A stretch of DNA of 64,000 nucleotides from Octopus sinensis (GCF_006345805.1 NC_043017.1:27218001-27282000), one strand, 5' to 3'. Positions 35,451 through 49,059 are shown, counted from the stretch's first letter. Numbers and translations: made by a program. Notes: generated by a model not told the origin, from the sequence alone.

Positions 35451-35461
35451 AAATTGTTAAA

Positions 35462-35670
35462 AGGCGGAGAGCTGGCAGAATCGTTAGCATGCCCGGGCAA
35501 AATGCTTAAGCAGAATTTCGCCTGTCATTACGTTCTGACTTCAAATGCCACGGGGGGGTCGACTTTGTGTTTCATGGTTTCGGGGTCAATAAATTAAGTA
35601 CTGGAGTCACCGTTATCTACTGCTCCCCTCCCACAAAATTTCAGACCTTCTGCCAAGAGTAGAAAGGATT
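35462..35670 (+). mobile_element. SINE-C short-tail variant
   Basis: aggcggagagctggcagaatcgttagc head; tail gtagaaaggattat. Confidence 0.85.
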
Positions 35671-37330
35671 ATGGGATAGTTAACTGAGCAAATGTTGAAT
35701 ATTAATCTCAAGTATGGATCTGACGAATATACTACGATTAGTTGTAATCTTGATTGTTTAATGGCTTGAATTCTTCCTAAAATTCATCCAAAAAGAGCCG
35801 ATGAAATTTTAATGACATAATTAATATAAATAAATATAAGGGTAATCAAGGGTCTAACTGTTGACTAAATTAATGAAAGACGCCATTTTGCAATTCTTTT
35901 CCATTTCATCTAACCACGACCCGATATGCTTAGATATGTTTCCTATATTTTTGATTGAGAACATTTCAAGCTACTGAGTTTAAAAGAGATCTTTAGTCTA
36001 TAAAATCAGTTATACTTTAAAATACTTATTGCAGAAAATCCGGAGGAAATGAATAAACATTTCGGGAAGATCAGAGACTGTGTATATCATTCATATTTTG
36101 TTGCTGATAGCGAAACTTTATTTTCAATGTATTTATTGAGACATGATATAGTATAGCTATGTCTGCATTAAACTACGTTATGCCTGTTTTCTTATTCATT
36201 GAGGTACATTGAGACAGCTACGAGGGCAAATGTCTAGGCAAATTTAATATTGTTTTTTCAATGAAGGTTTTGAAATTAGAATATATGGCATCAAAATTCA
36301 AATACTTAATGACCAATAACAATATAACAAAAATACTTCGTTTCCTTGTATTCTGTTGTTGTAAAACGATTACTCAATTTTTAAAAAAATGCAACGTTAT
36401 ACCAACAAAGCTATTACGTATTTCAGCTAGGCGGTTGGATAGAAATCATTAATTAAGAGAAAATACCTATCCTAAATTAATATGATATTAATTAACTCCA
36501 ATGTAATTGCAGAATTAACAAATGATACAGAAAGAGAATTATATAATATGTTTCGTAATGTAGGTACTAAGCTACCACGGAGAACGTTACATCAGCCAAT
36601 TATATGATCATGTAGCAGTCTGTTGAAAAGGAAAACATTTTGCATATGTGTGCAATAAATATTTAGCAATGAAAACAATACTACGTTTTGAAAAAGTTAT
36701 TCGTGAATTCCCATTTGTAACGAATTCTTTCTTTCGAAAGACGAAAGTAACTAATTGTATCTTGTATATTTTTTTCTTCATTAAGTGGTATGGATGAGAT
36801 GAAATATTTAAACAAACACAGCAGGGAATAATGAGAATATAATTACTAGTAAAAACAAGAAACGTGCCTATAATGCTCGTGTCTAGCAACGTGACTACGC
36901 ATCATGTAATTACATAATATTGAGTTGTTTTTCGTACAAATACATAATTTCGTAAGCAAATACAAATATTTTCAGTTTAGTAACATGTAAATAAATTATA
37001 GGAATGACAATGCAATAAGCCGAGAAGAATTATTAGAGATTCTAAAGGAAAGAGAAGAAAGGGAGTCGATAATTTGTAGATGTACACATATACAGAAAGC
37101 AAATATTGTTAACTGTAGTGAATATGTGCAACATAGCTTGGACATAAACCGTTAGGGATTGAGCGAAAGTGTCAAATCGCCATGGTGAGAAATGATCGGA
37201 CCTTCTGTATACAAGAGTATATGTTTGTGTGTGTATGTGTATGTGAGTGGTGTGTGTATGTGTGTGTGATTATGTGTGTGTAGGTGCGAAACTGCAGGAT
37301 TTGCTGTGTATAAAAACATATTGGTTGTTG

Positions 37331-37474
37331 GAGGTCGACTTTGCCTTTCATCCGTTCGGTGTCGATATATAAAGTACCAGTCGCGCACTGGGGTCGATTA
37401 TATCGACTTAATCCTTTTATCTGTCCTTGTTTGTCCCATCTGTGTGTAGCCTCTTGTGGGTAGTATAGAAAGAT
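37331..37474 (+). mobile_element. 5'-truncated SINE-C body
   Basis: gaggtcgactttgcctttcatcc..ggggtcgat..gggtagta. Confidence 0.85.
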
Positions 37475-37559
37475 ATATAAACATTTGAATCCCCTTCCAG
37501 CCCCATTTAGACCCTCTTTTACATAAAATTTAACATAAAATTCTAATTTGTGCCTATGT

Positions 37560-38335
37560 TCGTCTTCTTCATTTTATAGATAGGATTAGATGCCAATCGC
37601 GCCAATTTGGAGGGGATTAGAGCCCTCTTGAATCTTCTCACCATAGCAACCGCATCTTTCCAGATGGTGAGATTTAACAAACTCAACTCTCTGCCTGATC
37701 CCGCTTTCTATGCCTGTGTCAATTTTCAGCTCGATCTGACCACTGGTGTGGCCGCCAACCTCTCGCGTAGCAAAACGTGCACACAATTTTGACCCAAAGC
37801 CTCTTTTATATATATAGATAGCAGAGAAACCCGGTCTTGCTCTGGATAAAAAAATATTTTATCATTGTTTTATTTGTTTCGGTATTATAACTCGATTTCA
37901 ATCGGGTCTACGCGGGCCACAATTTAAAGATGCGAATTTTGCCCTAGAAGCTACACCCTTCAAAGTTGCCATGAAAACTCACCAGGACTTTTAACATAGG
38001 TGTGCAAATTTTCAGCTGAATCCTACCATATGTACTATCAATTTTGCCTGTATAACTGCTTGTGAGACAACGTCTGCCCTTTTCACAAATATGTAGTAGA
38101 CCTATAGATATACCCGACCTTATTTGGGATTAAAATGGCATAGTTTTTCATTGTTTTACATATTCGGTTAATATAAGCTGATTTCATTCGGGTGTAATCG
38201 GGCCACGTTTTAAAAGATAAGGAATTTTGTCCTTAGGTCACGCCTTTCATTTGAGGAAAAAAATAGTTGCCATGCAAACTAGCCAGCACTTTTAACATAG
38301 GTGTGCATATTTTCAGCTCAACCGACCACATAATG
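37560..38335 (-). mobile_element. Tandem Helitron/DINE-like non-autonomous units (about 280-bp period)
   Basis: Minus-strand A|TCTATATATATAAAAG start at 37818 abutting a hairpin-bearing 3' end; repeated gtgtg(c)a.attttcagct motif; 37863-38028 is similar to 38149-38328. Confidence 0.55.
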
Positions 38336-38345
38336 CACACATAAG

Positions 38346-38390
<45 letters not shown>

Positions 38391-38625
38391 TATATACGCA
38401 TTATATATGTGCGTGTATGCATTATATATACAAATGTATACAAATTACATATATTATATAATACAGATATATACATTGTATATGCATATTCATATATAGA
38501 TATAGGCACATATACATATATAAATTATACATACATGTATACATGTATACATAGATATATATACATACAGATATATATATATATATATGTATGTATATAT
38601 ATATATATCTGTATGTTTATATAAA

Positions 38626-38656
<31 letters not shown>

Positions 38657-39165
38657 CAGTAATAATATAGGGTGAAATTAATTAATTTGAAATAATCATT
38701 AATTTCACCAAGTAGATTTCGGCATGTAAAAGCCCCATTCGAGGAAGGTTTAAGTAATACTAAGTAATTAGGGGTTTAGCAACGATTTGCCTCACCACAC
38801 ACCGAGTTTAGAAATAGCAGTCAAAGAGTTTTTGCTATTCTTTCTACTTAAAAGGGAGATCTCAGTAAAACCACAGCACTTAAAATGCAAATGCAGGCAA
38901 AAGAGAAAGAAATGACGACAATCATTCTATATTAAGTCACCTACGGACGTACGTTTCGAAATTAAGTCTTAGGAAAGCATAAAAATTAGATAATTATGTC
39001 TTACCCAACTATTTTTCTCATCAGCGTAGGACTCTACAATTATGAATAATTGTATATTAAATTTGGATCTCTTTTAAGTAGAAAGAATAGTCAGAACTCT
39101 TTGACTGCTATTTCTAAACTCGGTGTGTGGTGAGGCAAATCGTTGCTAAACCCTTAATTACTTAG
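38657..39165 (-). mobile_element. (TA)n-embedded Penelope-like element with about 100-bp inverted arms (38760-38861 / 39066-39165) enclosing a hammerhead
   Basis: Arms near-identical; shares aatttcaccaagta and ttagaaatagcag motifs with the 28-kb element. Confidence 0.8.
38935..39033 (-). ncRNA. Type I hammerhead ribozyme, apparently intact
   Basis: Stem I CCUACG/CGUAGG plus bulge plus AGU/ACU; CUGAUGA (39024-39018); stem II GAAA/UUUC; GAAAC-GUAC-GUC, predicted cut between 38946 and 38945. Confidence 0.9.
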
Positions 39166-39828
39166 TATATATATATATATATATATATTCATGTACAAAT
39201 TTAATTTGTTTCAAGCAATTAATCGCCATCATTGTGATATACTGGTAGACCCAGAAACTGTTCGTATATTCATGTCTAACGTTCTACACCTCTGAGTTTT
39301 ATTATAATTTATTACAACTGGTTCAAAGTCTTTCACATCCGGAGTAATACATACTTTGTTTCTTGTCTATTTATTTCTTTTCTTCTAAATTAAAATCTCT
39401 GTTCATCATATAACTATTAAAATATGTTAGGAAAACAAAACATGACACACATTTGTCTATTCGGAAGCTTCGATGAAATAGAAAAAGAAAACCGTATATC
39501 ACAATTTATTACATTTAACAAAAGAGGACTGGAAGTAACATAAATTTCTTAGCATCTAATCACCATAAATGCTGAATAAATAAATATCTGCAAATTCATC
39601 AATACAAATACAGACGCAGAAATATGTTTCTTATTCATTGTCTCGAACTTATGAAGAAAAATATGATGAATATTAAGGAGGAACTCAAACTATTCACTTA
39701 TATTTTTTTATGAGGGGAATGTTTCCCTTCGCCTTATTGAATGAACGCGTTACACAAACAATTTGAACCGCTCATGAATATTCATATGTATATGGGCATG
39801 TAGATATTCATATATATATATGTGTATA

Positions 39829-39867
<39 letters not shown>

Positions 39868-40060
39868 ATATAATATATATATATATATTTGTATATATAT
39901 ATATTGTATATATATATGTGTATATATATAATATATATATTTGTATATATATATATATATGTGTATATATATATGTGTATATATATGTGTATATATATGT
40001 GTATATATATGTGTATATATATGTGTATATATATGTATATATATATGGTATATATATATG

Positions 40061-40111
<51 letters not shown>

Positions 40112-40246
40112 ATATATATATAATTTATTTGAGGGAATATTATTCCTAACTTACAGGGAAAAATTCAATCTTGAAATGAGCACTTATGTAGGTATACATT
40201 ATATATGCATATATATATACATATATATATACATATATATATAATA

Positions 40247-40294
<48 letters not shown>

Positions 40295-40298
<4 letters not shown>

Positions 40299-40660
40299 TG
40301 GGAGAATTCACAAAACAAAGACGAAGACAGATGGTGTAATCAAACACAGGGGCATCAGTTTAACCCTCGGGAAATGAAAAAGTCTTTAACGTCTCGAACC
40401 TACGCTCTTCCACAGAAAGGAGCACGAAAGAAAGGAGAGAAAATAAAAAATATGTAGGGGATAGCGATGTATCATGGCAACTGCTGGACAGAGGGGACAC
40501 AGGGGAGCTAGAAAGAAGGGGAGAAAATACAGTAGTGGTGATCCCAAAACGAAGGTGCACGTGCGGGTTTATAAGAGAGTACGTATGTGCGCGTGGAAGA
40601 GGGCTAGTTTTCTTAATGTGTGCGTTTGTGTGTACGTGGAGGTGTGTGGATGTAAGGCTA
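40295..40660 (-). mobile_element. Penelope-like terminal fragment with degenerate minimal hammerhead (40384-40419)
   Basis: CUUU-CUGUGGA-A-GAGC-guag-GUUC-GAGAC-GUU-AAAG; two core substitutions. Confidence 0.5.
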
Positions 40661-40673
40661 GATAGTTAGATAG

Positions 40674-40727
<54 letters not shown>

Positions 40728-40935
40728 TGTGTGTGTGTGTGTGTCTATGTGTGTGTGTGTGGTGTGTGTCTATGTGTGTGTGGTGTGTGTGTGTCTATAT
40801 ATATGTGTGTGTGTGTGTGTCTATATATATGTGTGTGTGTGTGTGTCTATATATATATATATGTGTGTGTGTGTGTCTATATATATATGTGTGTGTGTGA
40901 AGGTCTCTCTCTCTATATATATATATATTACAAAA

Positions 40936-41163
40936 GGCGGCGAGCTGGTAGAAACGTTAGCACGCCGGGCGAGATTCGTAGCCGTATTTCGTCTGTCGTT
41001 ACGTTCCGAGTTCAAATTCCGCCGAGGTCGACTTTGCCTTTCATCCTTTCGGGGTCGATAATTAAGTACCAGTTACGCACTGGGGTCGATGTAGTCGACT
41101 TAATCCCTTGTCTGTCCTTGTTTGTCCCCTCTGTGTTAGCCCCTTGTGGGTAGTAAAGAAATA
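40936..41163 (+). mobile_element. SINE-C single full-length copy
   Basis: ggcggcgagctggtagaaacgttagc..gagttcaaattcc..gggtagtaaagaaata. Confidence 0.95.
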
Positions 41164-41176
41164 TATATATATATAT

Positions 41177-41427
41177 TACTCTTTTACTCTTTTACTCTTA
41201 TACTTGTTTCAGTCATTTGACTGCGGCCATGCTGGAGCACCGCCTTTAATCGAGCAACTCGACCCCGGCACTTATGCTTGTAAGCCAGTACTCATTCTAT
41301 CGGTCTGTTTTGCCGAACCGCTAAGTCACGGAGACGTAAACACACCAGCATCGGTTGTCAAGCAATGCTAGAGGGGACAAACACAGACACACAGACACAC
41401 ACACACACACACACATATATACATTAC

Positions 41428-41463
<36 letters not shown>

Positions 41464-41635
41464 GATAATATATACGACGGGCTTCTTTCAGTTTCCCTCT
41501 ACAAATCTACTCACAAGGCTTGGTCGGCCCGAGGTTATAGTAGAAGACACGAGCCCAAGATGCCACGCAGGGGATCTGAACAAGGAACCATGTGGTTGGT
41601 AAGCAAGCTACTTATCACACAGCCACTCCTGTGCC
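41177..41635 (-). mobile_element. SINE-AB full copy
   Basis: Same modules. Confidence 0.95.
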
Positions 41636-42145
41636 TATGTCTATATATATATATATATATATATACTTGTGGGTGTGTGCGTTTCTGTGTGAGTGAGTGA
41701 GTTTTGTAAGATATGATTTAGAGAATCACGCGTCTATCATATTAAGCTCCTCGTACGTAACTGTCCACCGTAATATATTCCAATATGACAGGTAGTGATA
41801 TATCCTCATGAACTACGCTGAGATTATCATTCACTTTTTTCTGGCCAGACGATGAATAATAGAAAAATCTCTGGTTGTGCACAATACACCAACGAAAATC
41901 ATGGTGAATTTTTTTGCCTGTTATTATTAAATTTTTTGTTCTTCTTTACAAAGGGAACAATTGGTTCTTTGATAAAAACTTCGATTGCCATTACCTAAAG
42001 TCTAACGTCTTTCCCATAAATAATTGTAGCTATTACTGCTCTCACTTGATCACTTGATGCGGACACAGACTTCCAAAATACGCCAGTGTAAGACAACTAT
42101 ACATACATGCACACAGAATATATACAACATACATGTTGCGTCTAT

Positions 42146-42179
<34 letters not shown>

Positions 42180-43494
42180 AGATATATATATATATACATA
42201 CATATAGATATACATATATGTATACACACACACAATATATATATATATATACATATATGTGTATATATATGTATATATGTATATATATGTATATGGGTGT
42301 GTGTGTATTGATACTTCATCATGTATATATATACATTTGTCAGTGTATTTTTGCGTATATGCTTATTCGTATGCGGCTGTATGCTTCAAATTGTTTTTTT
42401 TTATTAACATGGTTATATATGTATAGCCCTTAATGCATATGGGAGCGCATGGTAAACATTATATCAAAAGATTTCTATGTAAATACAATTATAATGACAA
42501 TAATATATAATGTACAGTGTTGTTTAGCTCAATTTCGAAATATTCATAAAAGAACTAAGATGTATGTAACATACATACGAATCATCATATTAGATTTATT
42601 GCAGTAACATGATTTATTTCCCTTGGGGCGGATAAACTTCGATATGTACACTATCATATGACATACAAGATACATATAGTACACAGTCCGTTAAGTTTAT
42701 ACATTTAGCTATGTTTCCATAGATTAATCTTTGCAGAACTCCTGCCAATATCTGATATTCTATACCCAAACATGTTCAAACTGGATTTAGCAATATGATG
42801 AGTTCGCTCTGAATATTTTGTTTTATTTATGTTTATAGCGTGTGTTTTGTTTATAAATTTCTGTTTATGGTTTTGATATCTTTCTAAATAAAGCATCCGC
42901 AGTTATCTTTTTCTTAGCATTTACGTAGACGGAAATCTTACTAGGTTAATATATATTCTCATTTATTTATTCATTATGTTCCCATTTATATAGAATTATC
43001 TTGGCAATATAAATGTGCAAAACATACATACATACACACATATATACGCTCACGCAGATACATACGTACGCAAATGCATGCAGGCATACACATATTTATA
43101 TTAGCATTTATGGATAGATATTTGTGGAAGCTATCTGGTAAAAGATCAGTAGCATCTGGGGGCCATATTCATGAGTGATGTGTGGTAGCAAACTGAATTT
43201 TATGCATTAATTGTAGATTCTGGTACTTCAATATTCCAGTTTCAACAGTCTTTCTTAAAAATAGGATGCGTTGGAAGAGATCCAAATTTTCTAACTTCGA
43301 TTCAGTACATCTCAGTATCCTAACCCATGGTAAGACATTTGGGTTAAAAAAAAGCATAGGATCGTTAATACATGCGGTCAAATTGTTGTTTCTCTGAAGG
43401 ACGTTTGGAGTAACATTACTTGACTGCTTGCGTAGGTCTGAGAGCATACAAACTCTTCCCATCAAGTCATTATTTCCTCGTATAGAGAGGACAG

Positions 43495-43554
43495 GGAGGC
43501 CCAATAGCCAGTGGTTAGGGCAGAGGACTCGCGCGGTCGGAGGATCGTGGTTTC
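43495..43554 (+). mobile_element. SINE-D head running into the gap
   Basis: ggaggcccaatagccagtggttagggcag. Confidence 0.8.
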
Positions 43555-43654
43555 NNNNNNNNNNNNNNNNNNNNNNNNNNNNNNNNNNNNNNNNNNNNNN
43601 NNNNNNNNNNNNNNNNNNNNNNNNNNNNNNNNNNNNNNNNNNNNNNNNNNNNNN
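43555..43654. other. Assembly gap (100 N)
   Basis: Run of N. Confidence 1.
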
Positions 43655-43658
43655 AGAC

Positions 43659-43702
<44 letters not shown>

Positions 43703-44044
43703 TTTAATAGCTGTCCCAGTAGCTGTCACGGAGGTAACGAATATATCCGAAGTGAATTGTCGAGTTTTCACGGAAACAAGCGAGGTTTTTTTATGGTTTT
43801 ATCGAGTCAAGCCGAAGGAGTGCCGATTCAGATTATGAAATAGAATTAACCCTTGAATGTATATATTGCAAAATCAGTAAATACATAATACAATATCTGT
43901 ACAAACTTCAGGTTGGCGATATCGATTTCGTTTCGTTATGATTCGGGTTTGCACGTATACAGAGTGGCAAACTAAACGTTTCAAAATGGTGTTTGCAGAA
44001 GTAGCGGTAACATTTCCGAACGGACTCTTTTTTTTCTTTTATCT

Positions 44045-44267
44045 GTTTTACTTCTTTCAATCATTTGACTGTGGCCATGTTGGAGCACCGCTTTTAGTCG
44101 AACAAATCGACCCCAGGACTTATTCTTTGTAAGCCTAGGACTTATTCTATCGGTCACTTTTGCCGAACCGCTAAGTTACAGGGACGTAACACACTAACGT
44201 CTGTTATCAAGCGATGTTGGCAAACACAAACGTATACACACACACACACCACACACACACACACACA

Positions 44268-44302
<35 letters not shown>

Positions 44303-44464
44303 CGACGAGCTTTCTTTGTTTCCGTCTACCAGATCCACTTACAAGGCTTTGGTCGGCCCGAGGCTATGATAGAAGACACTTGTCCAAGGTTCCACGCAGT
44401 GGGACTGAAACCAGAACCATGTGGTTGGTAAGCAAGCTACTTACAACACAGCCACTCCTGCACC
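44045..44464 (-). mobile_element. SINE-AB full copy
   Basis: Same modules. Confidence 0.95.
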
Positions 44465-44480
44465 TATATATTTTTCATAA

Positions 44481-44879
44481 TCTTTATATATAAAAGTGAA
44501 GTTGTGTGTCTGTCTGCTACGGTTTAGATTCCTAACTACTCCCACATTTTGCGATGCAGTTTAACCAAAACCGGGTATCTTATAGTCGTGATTCATATCC
44601 AGCCCTTGTGGGTATTAGCGCGCGTCTACGATGGATCTACGATTTAAAAAAAAAATTACCATCATTTTTTCCCATTTTAATGCATTTTTTTCGCTATTAT
44701 ATAAGGGATGTAACTCTGTAAAAATGTCTACGGAGAGTCAACGATTAAAAAAAAATTACCATAATTTGTTTTCCATTTTTAATGCATTTTTTTTTGCTAT
44801 TTTTTGGCTATAACTCTCTAAAAATGCTTATATAGTTATTTCCCTTACAAACCCGAGCAACGCCGGGCGATACTACCAG
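44481..44879 (+). mobile_element. Non-autonomous Helitron, structural variant
   Basis: A|TC start, same hairpin, CCAG|T end; internal about 100-bp tandem duplication replaces the mid-segment of the other copies. Confidence 0.9.
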
Positions 44880-45324
44880 TAGTAAATATTTTCAAATATT
44901 AAACAGATTCAATATATCTTGCTGATATCACAAATTCTTCTTTCAGACGTTCCATGCTATGGATCAGAACCTCAAGAATACAAATGTCAACTTGGATTCG
45001 TCAATACAAATACACAGTCACATTGGTAGGTGGCGTATATTCAAAGCAGCTCAACGGTATGTAAAAGACATTTCCCGTAATCATTCTCTTGTTCATTCCT
45101 GGAAGCATCACTTGATATTTGGCTAAATAAATCTGATATATATTTTACTTCACGCTGAATATAGATCACTCTTATGAAAATTTGTCAGCCTGAGAAGCTA
45201 TACATTGCAAGAATACACCGTCTTACTTAATGGTAGAAATGTAAATGTCTGGCAAATATGTTTTTCAAAGCCATTCAGAGAACTTTATATTACATACATA
45301 TATATATGTGTATGTCCGTGTGTG

Positions 45325-45372
<48 letters not shown>

Positions 45373-45477
45373 ACTTATTTATTTATAAGTTGTTTATAAA
45401 TTTAACCTTTAATGGTATTTTTTAATATGCTGGCCATTGATAAAATTTTTTTCGAAAAAGTTTTATCCCTTATTTTT

Positions 45478-45511
<34 letters not shown>

Positions 45512-45514
45512 CAT

Positions 45515-45780
45515 TAAATGTAATATGCGACAATTATTTGGTAGCCAAGATAAAAATCCACTCCGAGTTTTGGATGCCGAGGTGGAAATCCACGCCACCA
45601 TCTTTTTAGTTATCCGGCCATAACTGGTGGCGTGGATTTCCACCTCGGCATCCGAAACTCGGAGTTTTATCTTGGCTACCGAATAATTGTCACATATTAC
45701 ATTTACAGATAAATTCCTCTATTTAAATAATATCGAGGTCTCTTTCTTCTTTCTTTTGTTATCTTACCGTTTTTATCAAT
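45515..45780. mobile_element. Fold-back family A, copy 2
   Basis: Homologous to 3250-3507 in opposite orientation. Confidence 0.8.
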
Positions 45781-45802
45781 ATATATATATATATATATTC
45801 AA

Positions 45803-46016
45803 AATGTGACCACGTGTGTACCGTTGGCGATTTTTTTGACTCCGTCTTCCCTTCTTTGGATCTTTCTTTTTCCTATGTTTCTGACGAAGAGCTCGGCTCG
45901 AAATGTTAAATCTCCCTTCTTTATTTCCTTTCCTGAGCGTCCAATAACACTATACTTGTTCCACGTCCTGTCGCTGCTGTGTTTTCTCTTTGTGTTTTCA
46001 TGTTTGGATTAACTCT
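45803..46016 (+). mobile_element. Family B Penelope-like terminal fragment with minimal hammerhead (about 45875-45912)
   Basis: UGUUU-CUGACGA-A-GAGC-ucg-GCUC-GAAA-UGUU-AAA. Confidence 0.6.
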
Positions 46017-46231
46017 ATATATGTAATAATTACTGGTATCTTTATATATTAATATATTTTTTATGTAAAGCATAATATGTTACGTATACATGTATGTATA
46101 ATCTTGTAATTGTCATTTTAGGAAATATATAAATAAGTTAAGTTGACATAATATTATATAATGTCTAAAATTTGATGAACCACCTATTGATCTCCTCCAT
46201 TTTCTCATTGCTCTCTCTCTCTCTCTCTATC

Positions 46232-46272
<41 letters not shown>

Positions 46273-47044
46273 ATGTGTGTGCGTGTGTGTGTGTGTGTGT
46301 GAATGTATGTATACTTATATTGAATGGTCATCGAAGTTTCTTAAAGAATCTTTACCAAACTGCGCAAGAAGACTAACATAATACAGAACTTCATGACACA
46401 ATACAGAACGAAGTAGCAGAGCATTCGGTATCTTTTTCCTTCTATTTACCATCCAGCTATTAGTTAATAACTTTCATATACTCGACTGGAAAGCATGACA
46501 CAGCCATGTCATACGTATTACAATGAAACTAACTACGCTGTCAAATATTTCAGAATCGCCCTGTACATCCATCCATTGATTGTCAAAAGAAATACTGGGA
46601 AATCAGTAGCTTACGTAGATTTTGAAAAGTGCGAACTGTCAACCCCAAAACGAAATATAATCACAGTTCACAGTTTAGATATTTATCAGGATGAGAACCG
46701 CGAAATTCTGAAACTTACACAAATATGAATCACATATCCTATCCGATAATGTTTTAAAAATTTATGCAAAGTTCAAAAAACTAAGGATGTTTGACCATCG
46801 AGGGATACTTTTTCTTGCTCACAGAAGTAGTTTTCTATTCTAGTGTTTTCCGCTGAAATTGCTGCATTTTTGATCATTAGTAGCCATGATTTTCATTCTG
46901 CTCTAAAGTGATCACTTATCCTTGTACACATTGAGAGTCAAGCATTCAATATTAGCAAACAGTCTGGAGTGTTAGAGTTTCTGAATAAAAAATAGCTGAT
47001 AGTATAAGGGGAGAGCGTAAATTTTCTCTGACGTGTATTTCTGA

Positions 47045-47444
47045 TACTCTTTTACTTGTTTCAGTCATTTGACTGCGGCCATGCTGGAGCACGGCCTTTA
47101 GTCGAGCAAATCGACCCCGGGACTTATTCTTTGTAAGCCCAGTACTTATTCTATCGGTCTCTTTTGCCGAACGGCTAAGGGACGGGGACGTAAACACACC
47201 AGTTTTGGTTGTCAAGCAATGCTAGGGGGACAAATATAGACACACTAACATATACACACACACTTATATATATATACATATATACGACAGGCTTCTTTCA
47301 GTTTCTGTCTACCAAATCCACTCACAAGGCATTGGTCAGCCCGGGGTTATAGTAGAAGACACTTGCCCGAGGTGCCACGCAGTGGGACTGAACCCGGAAC
47401 CATGTGGTTGGTTAGCAAGCTACTTACCACACAGCACTCCTGTG
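47045..47444 (-). mobile_element. SINE-AB full copy
   Basis: Same modules. Confidence 0.95.
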
Positions 47445-47938
47445 TACTTTCCTTTCAAGATCTTAGCAGTATCATTAGTTGTATAGGTGCTACAAATGAT
47501 TCGGTTTTAAATGCTGGATGATCCTTAGATTTAGCTGATAATATTGCAAAACAGGCAATAGTCAAGAATTGCGCAATGCCATTTGAAGCGGAGGAATTTC
47601 AACCGTGTTTCGTGGTCTGCTACCACAACAGCTCCTTTATAGGATCCAGGTAGCTAAAGATATCATCAGGACGAACCACGTCCGGTTTCGGCCCCTACTC
47701 CTCTACCGTTTTCACGTGGCGGGAGCCCCCACTTTCGGAGGTGTCTTCAGCTCTGGTGTTGGGTACATGTCTTCTTTCTCCCTCTTTCTTCTGTTCCCTG
47801 GCCTTTTCCATGTAGCGTCAACTATGCTGTTATAAAACTGATATTTTTTCCACACATTGTCAACTACATGAAATTAATTTCTAATTTAACGATTTAACTA
47901 ATAAATAAAATTTTATTTAAATGTAAAATAAAAATATA

Positions 47939-48343
47939 GGCGGAGGAGTGGTTGTGTGGTAGGTAGCTTGTTTACCAACCACATTGTTCCGGGTTCAGTC
48001 CCACTGCGTGGCACCTTGGGCAAGTGTCTTCTACTATAGCCTCGGGCCAACCAAAACCTTGTGAGTGGATTTGGTAGACGGAAACCGAAAGAAGCCTGTC
48101 GTATATATGAATATATATATATGCGTGTGTGTTTGTGTGTCTGTGTTTATCCCACTAGCATTGCTTGAAAACCGATGCTGGTGTGTTTATGTCCCCGTTA
48201 CTTAGCGGTTCGGCAAAAGAGACCGATAGAATAAGTACTGGGCTTACAAAAGAATAAGTCCCGGGGTCGATTTGCTCGACTAAAGGCGGTGCTCCAGCAT
48301 GGCCGCAGTCAAATGACTGAAACAAGTAAAAGAGTAAAAGAGT
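47939..48343 (+). mobile_element. SINE-AB full copy
   Basis: Same modules. Confidence 0.95.
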
Positions 48344-48580
48344 ATATATCATGCTGGTGAGGGCTGCAGAGTTTTCCGATGATCCGACATGGAATAATGC
48401 AATATCTAACGCTTTCATTTTAATACTTCTAAGAACCGCCACAAACCTGAATACGTTGCATTACTTATTCGTTATGTTTTTCTAATACATTTTACAAGTC
48501 ACCGTTTTGTGGTTTGTATTTAATTCTTAGACAGTGAGAGCGAGAGAACGAGAGGGAAAAAAGCGCGAGAAAGAGACATA

Positions 48581-48749
48581 GGCGCAGGAGTGGCTGTGTG
48601 GTAAGTAGCTTGCTAACCAACCACATGGTTCCGGGTTCAGTCCCACTGCGTGGCATCTTGGGCAAGTGTCTTCTGCTATAGCCCCGGACCGACCAATGCC
48701 TTGTGAGTGGATTTGGTAGACGGAAACTGAAAGAAGCCTGTCGTATATA

Positions 48750-48792
<43 letters not shown>

Positions 48793-48983
48793 TTGTGTGT
48801 CCATGTTTGTCCCCCTAGTATTGCTTGACAACCGATGCTGGTGTGTTTACGTCCCCGTCACTTAGCGGTTCGGCAAAAGAGACCGATAGAATAAGTCCCG
48901 GGGTTGATTTGCTCGACTAAAGGCGGTGATCCAGCATGGCCGCAGTCAAAATGACAGAAACAAGTAAAAGAGAGTAAAAGAGT
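48581..48983 (+). mobile_element. SINE-AB full copy
   Basis: Same modules. Confidence 0.95.
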
Positions 48984-49059
48984 ATAGAAGAAGCGAGAGA
49001 TAGAATAACCAATCGTGTTGGTACTCAACTGATATTAAATAAAAGGCTAGAAAATGAAG

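Noticed and set aside
43169-43843. ORFs spanning the N run
   Set aside because: Artefacts of translating through the assembly gap.
46495-46728. 77-aa ORF with VAYVDFEK resembling an RT motif
   Set aside because: Single short motif with no supporting flanking RT motifs.
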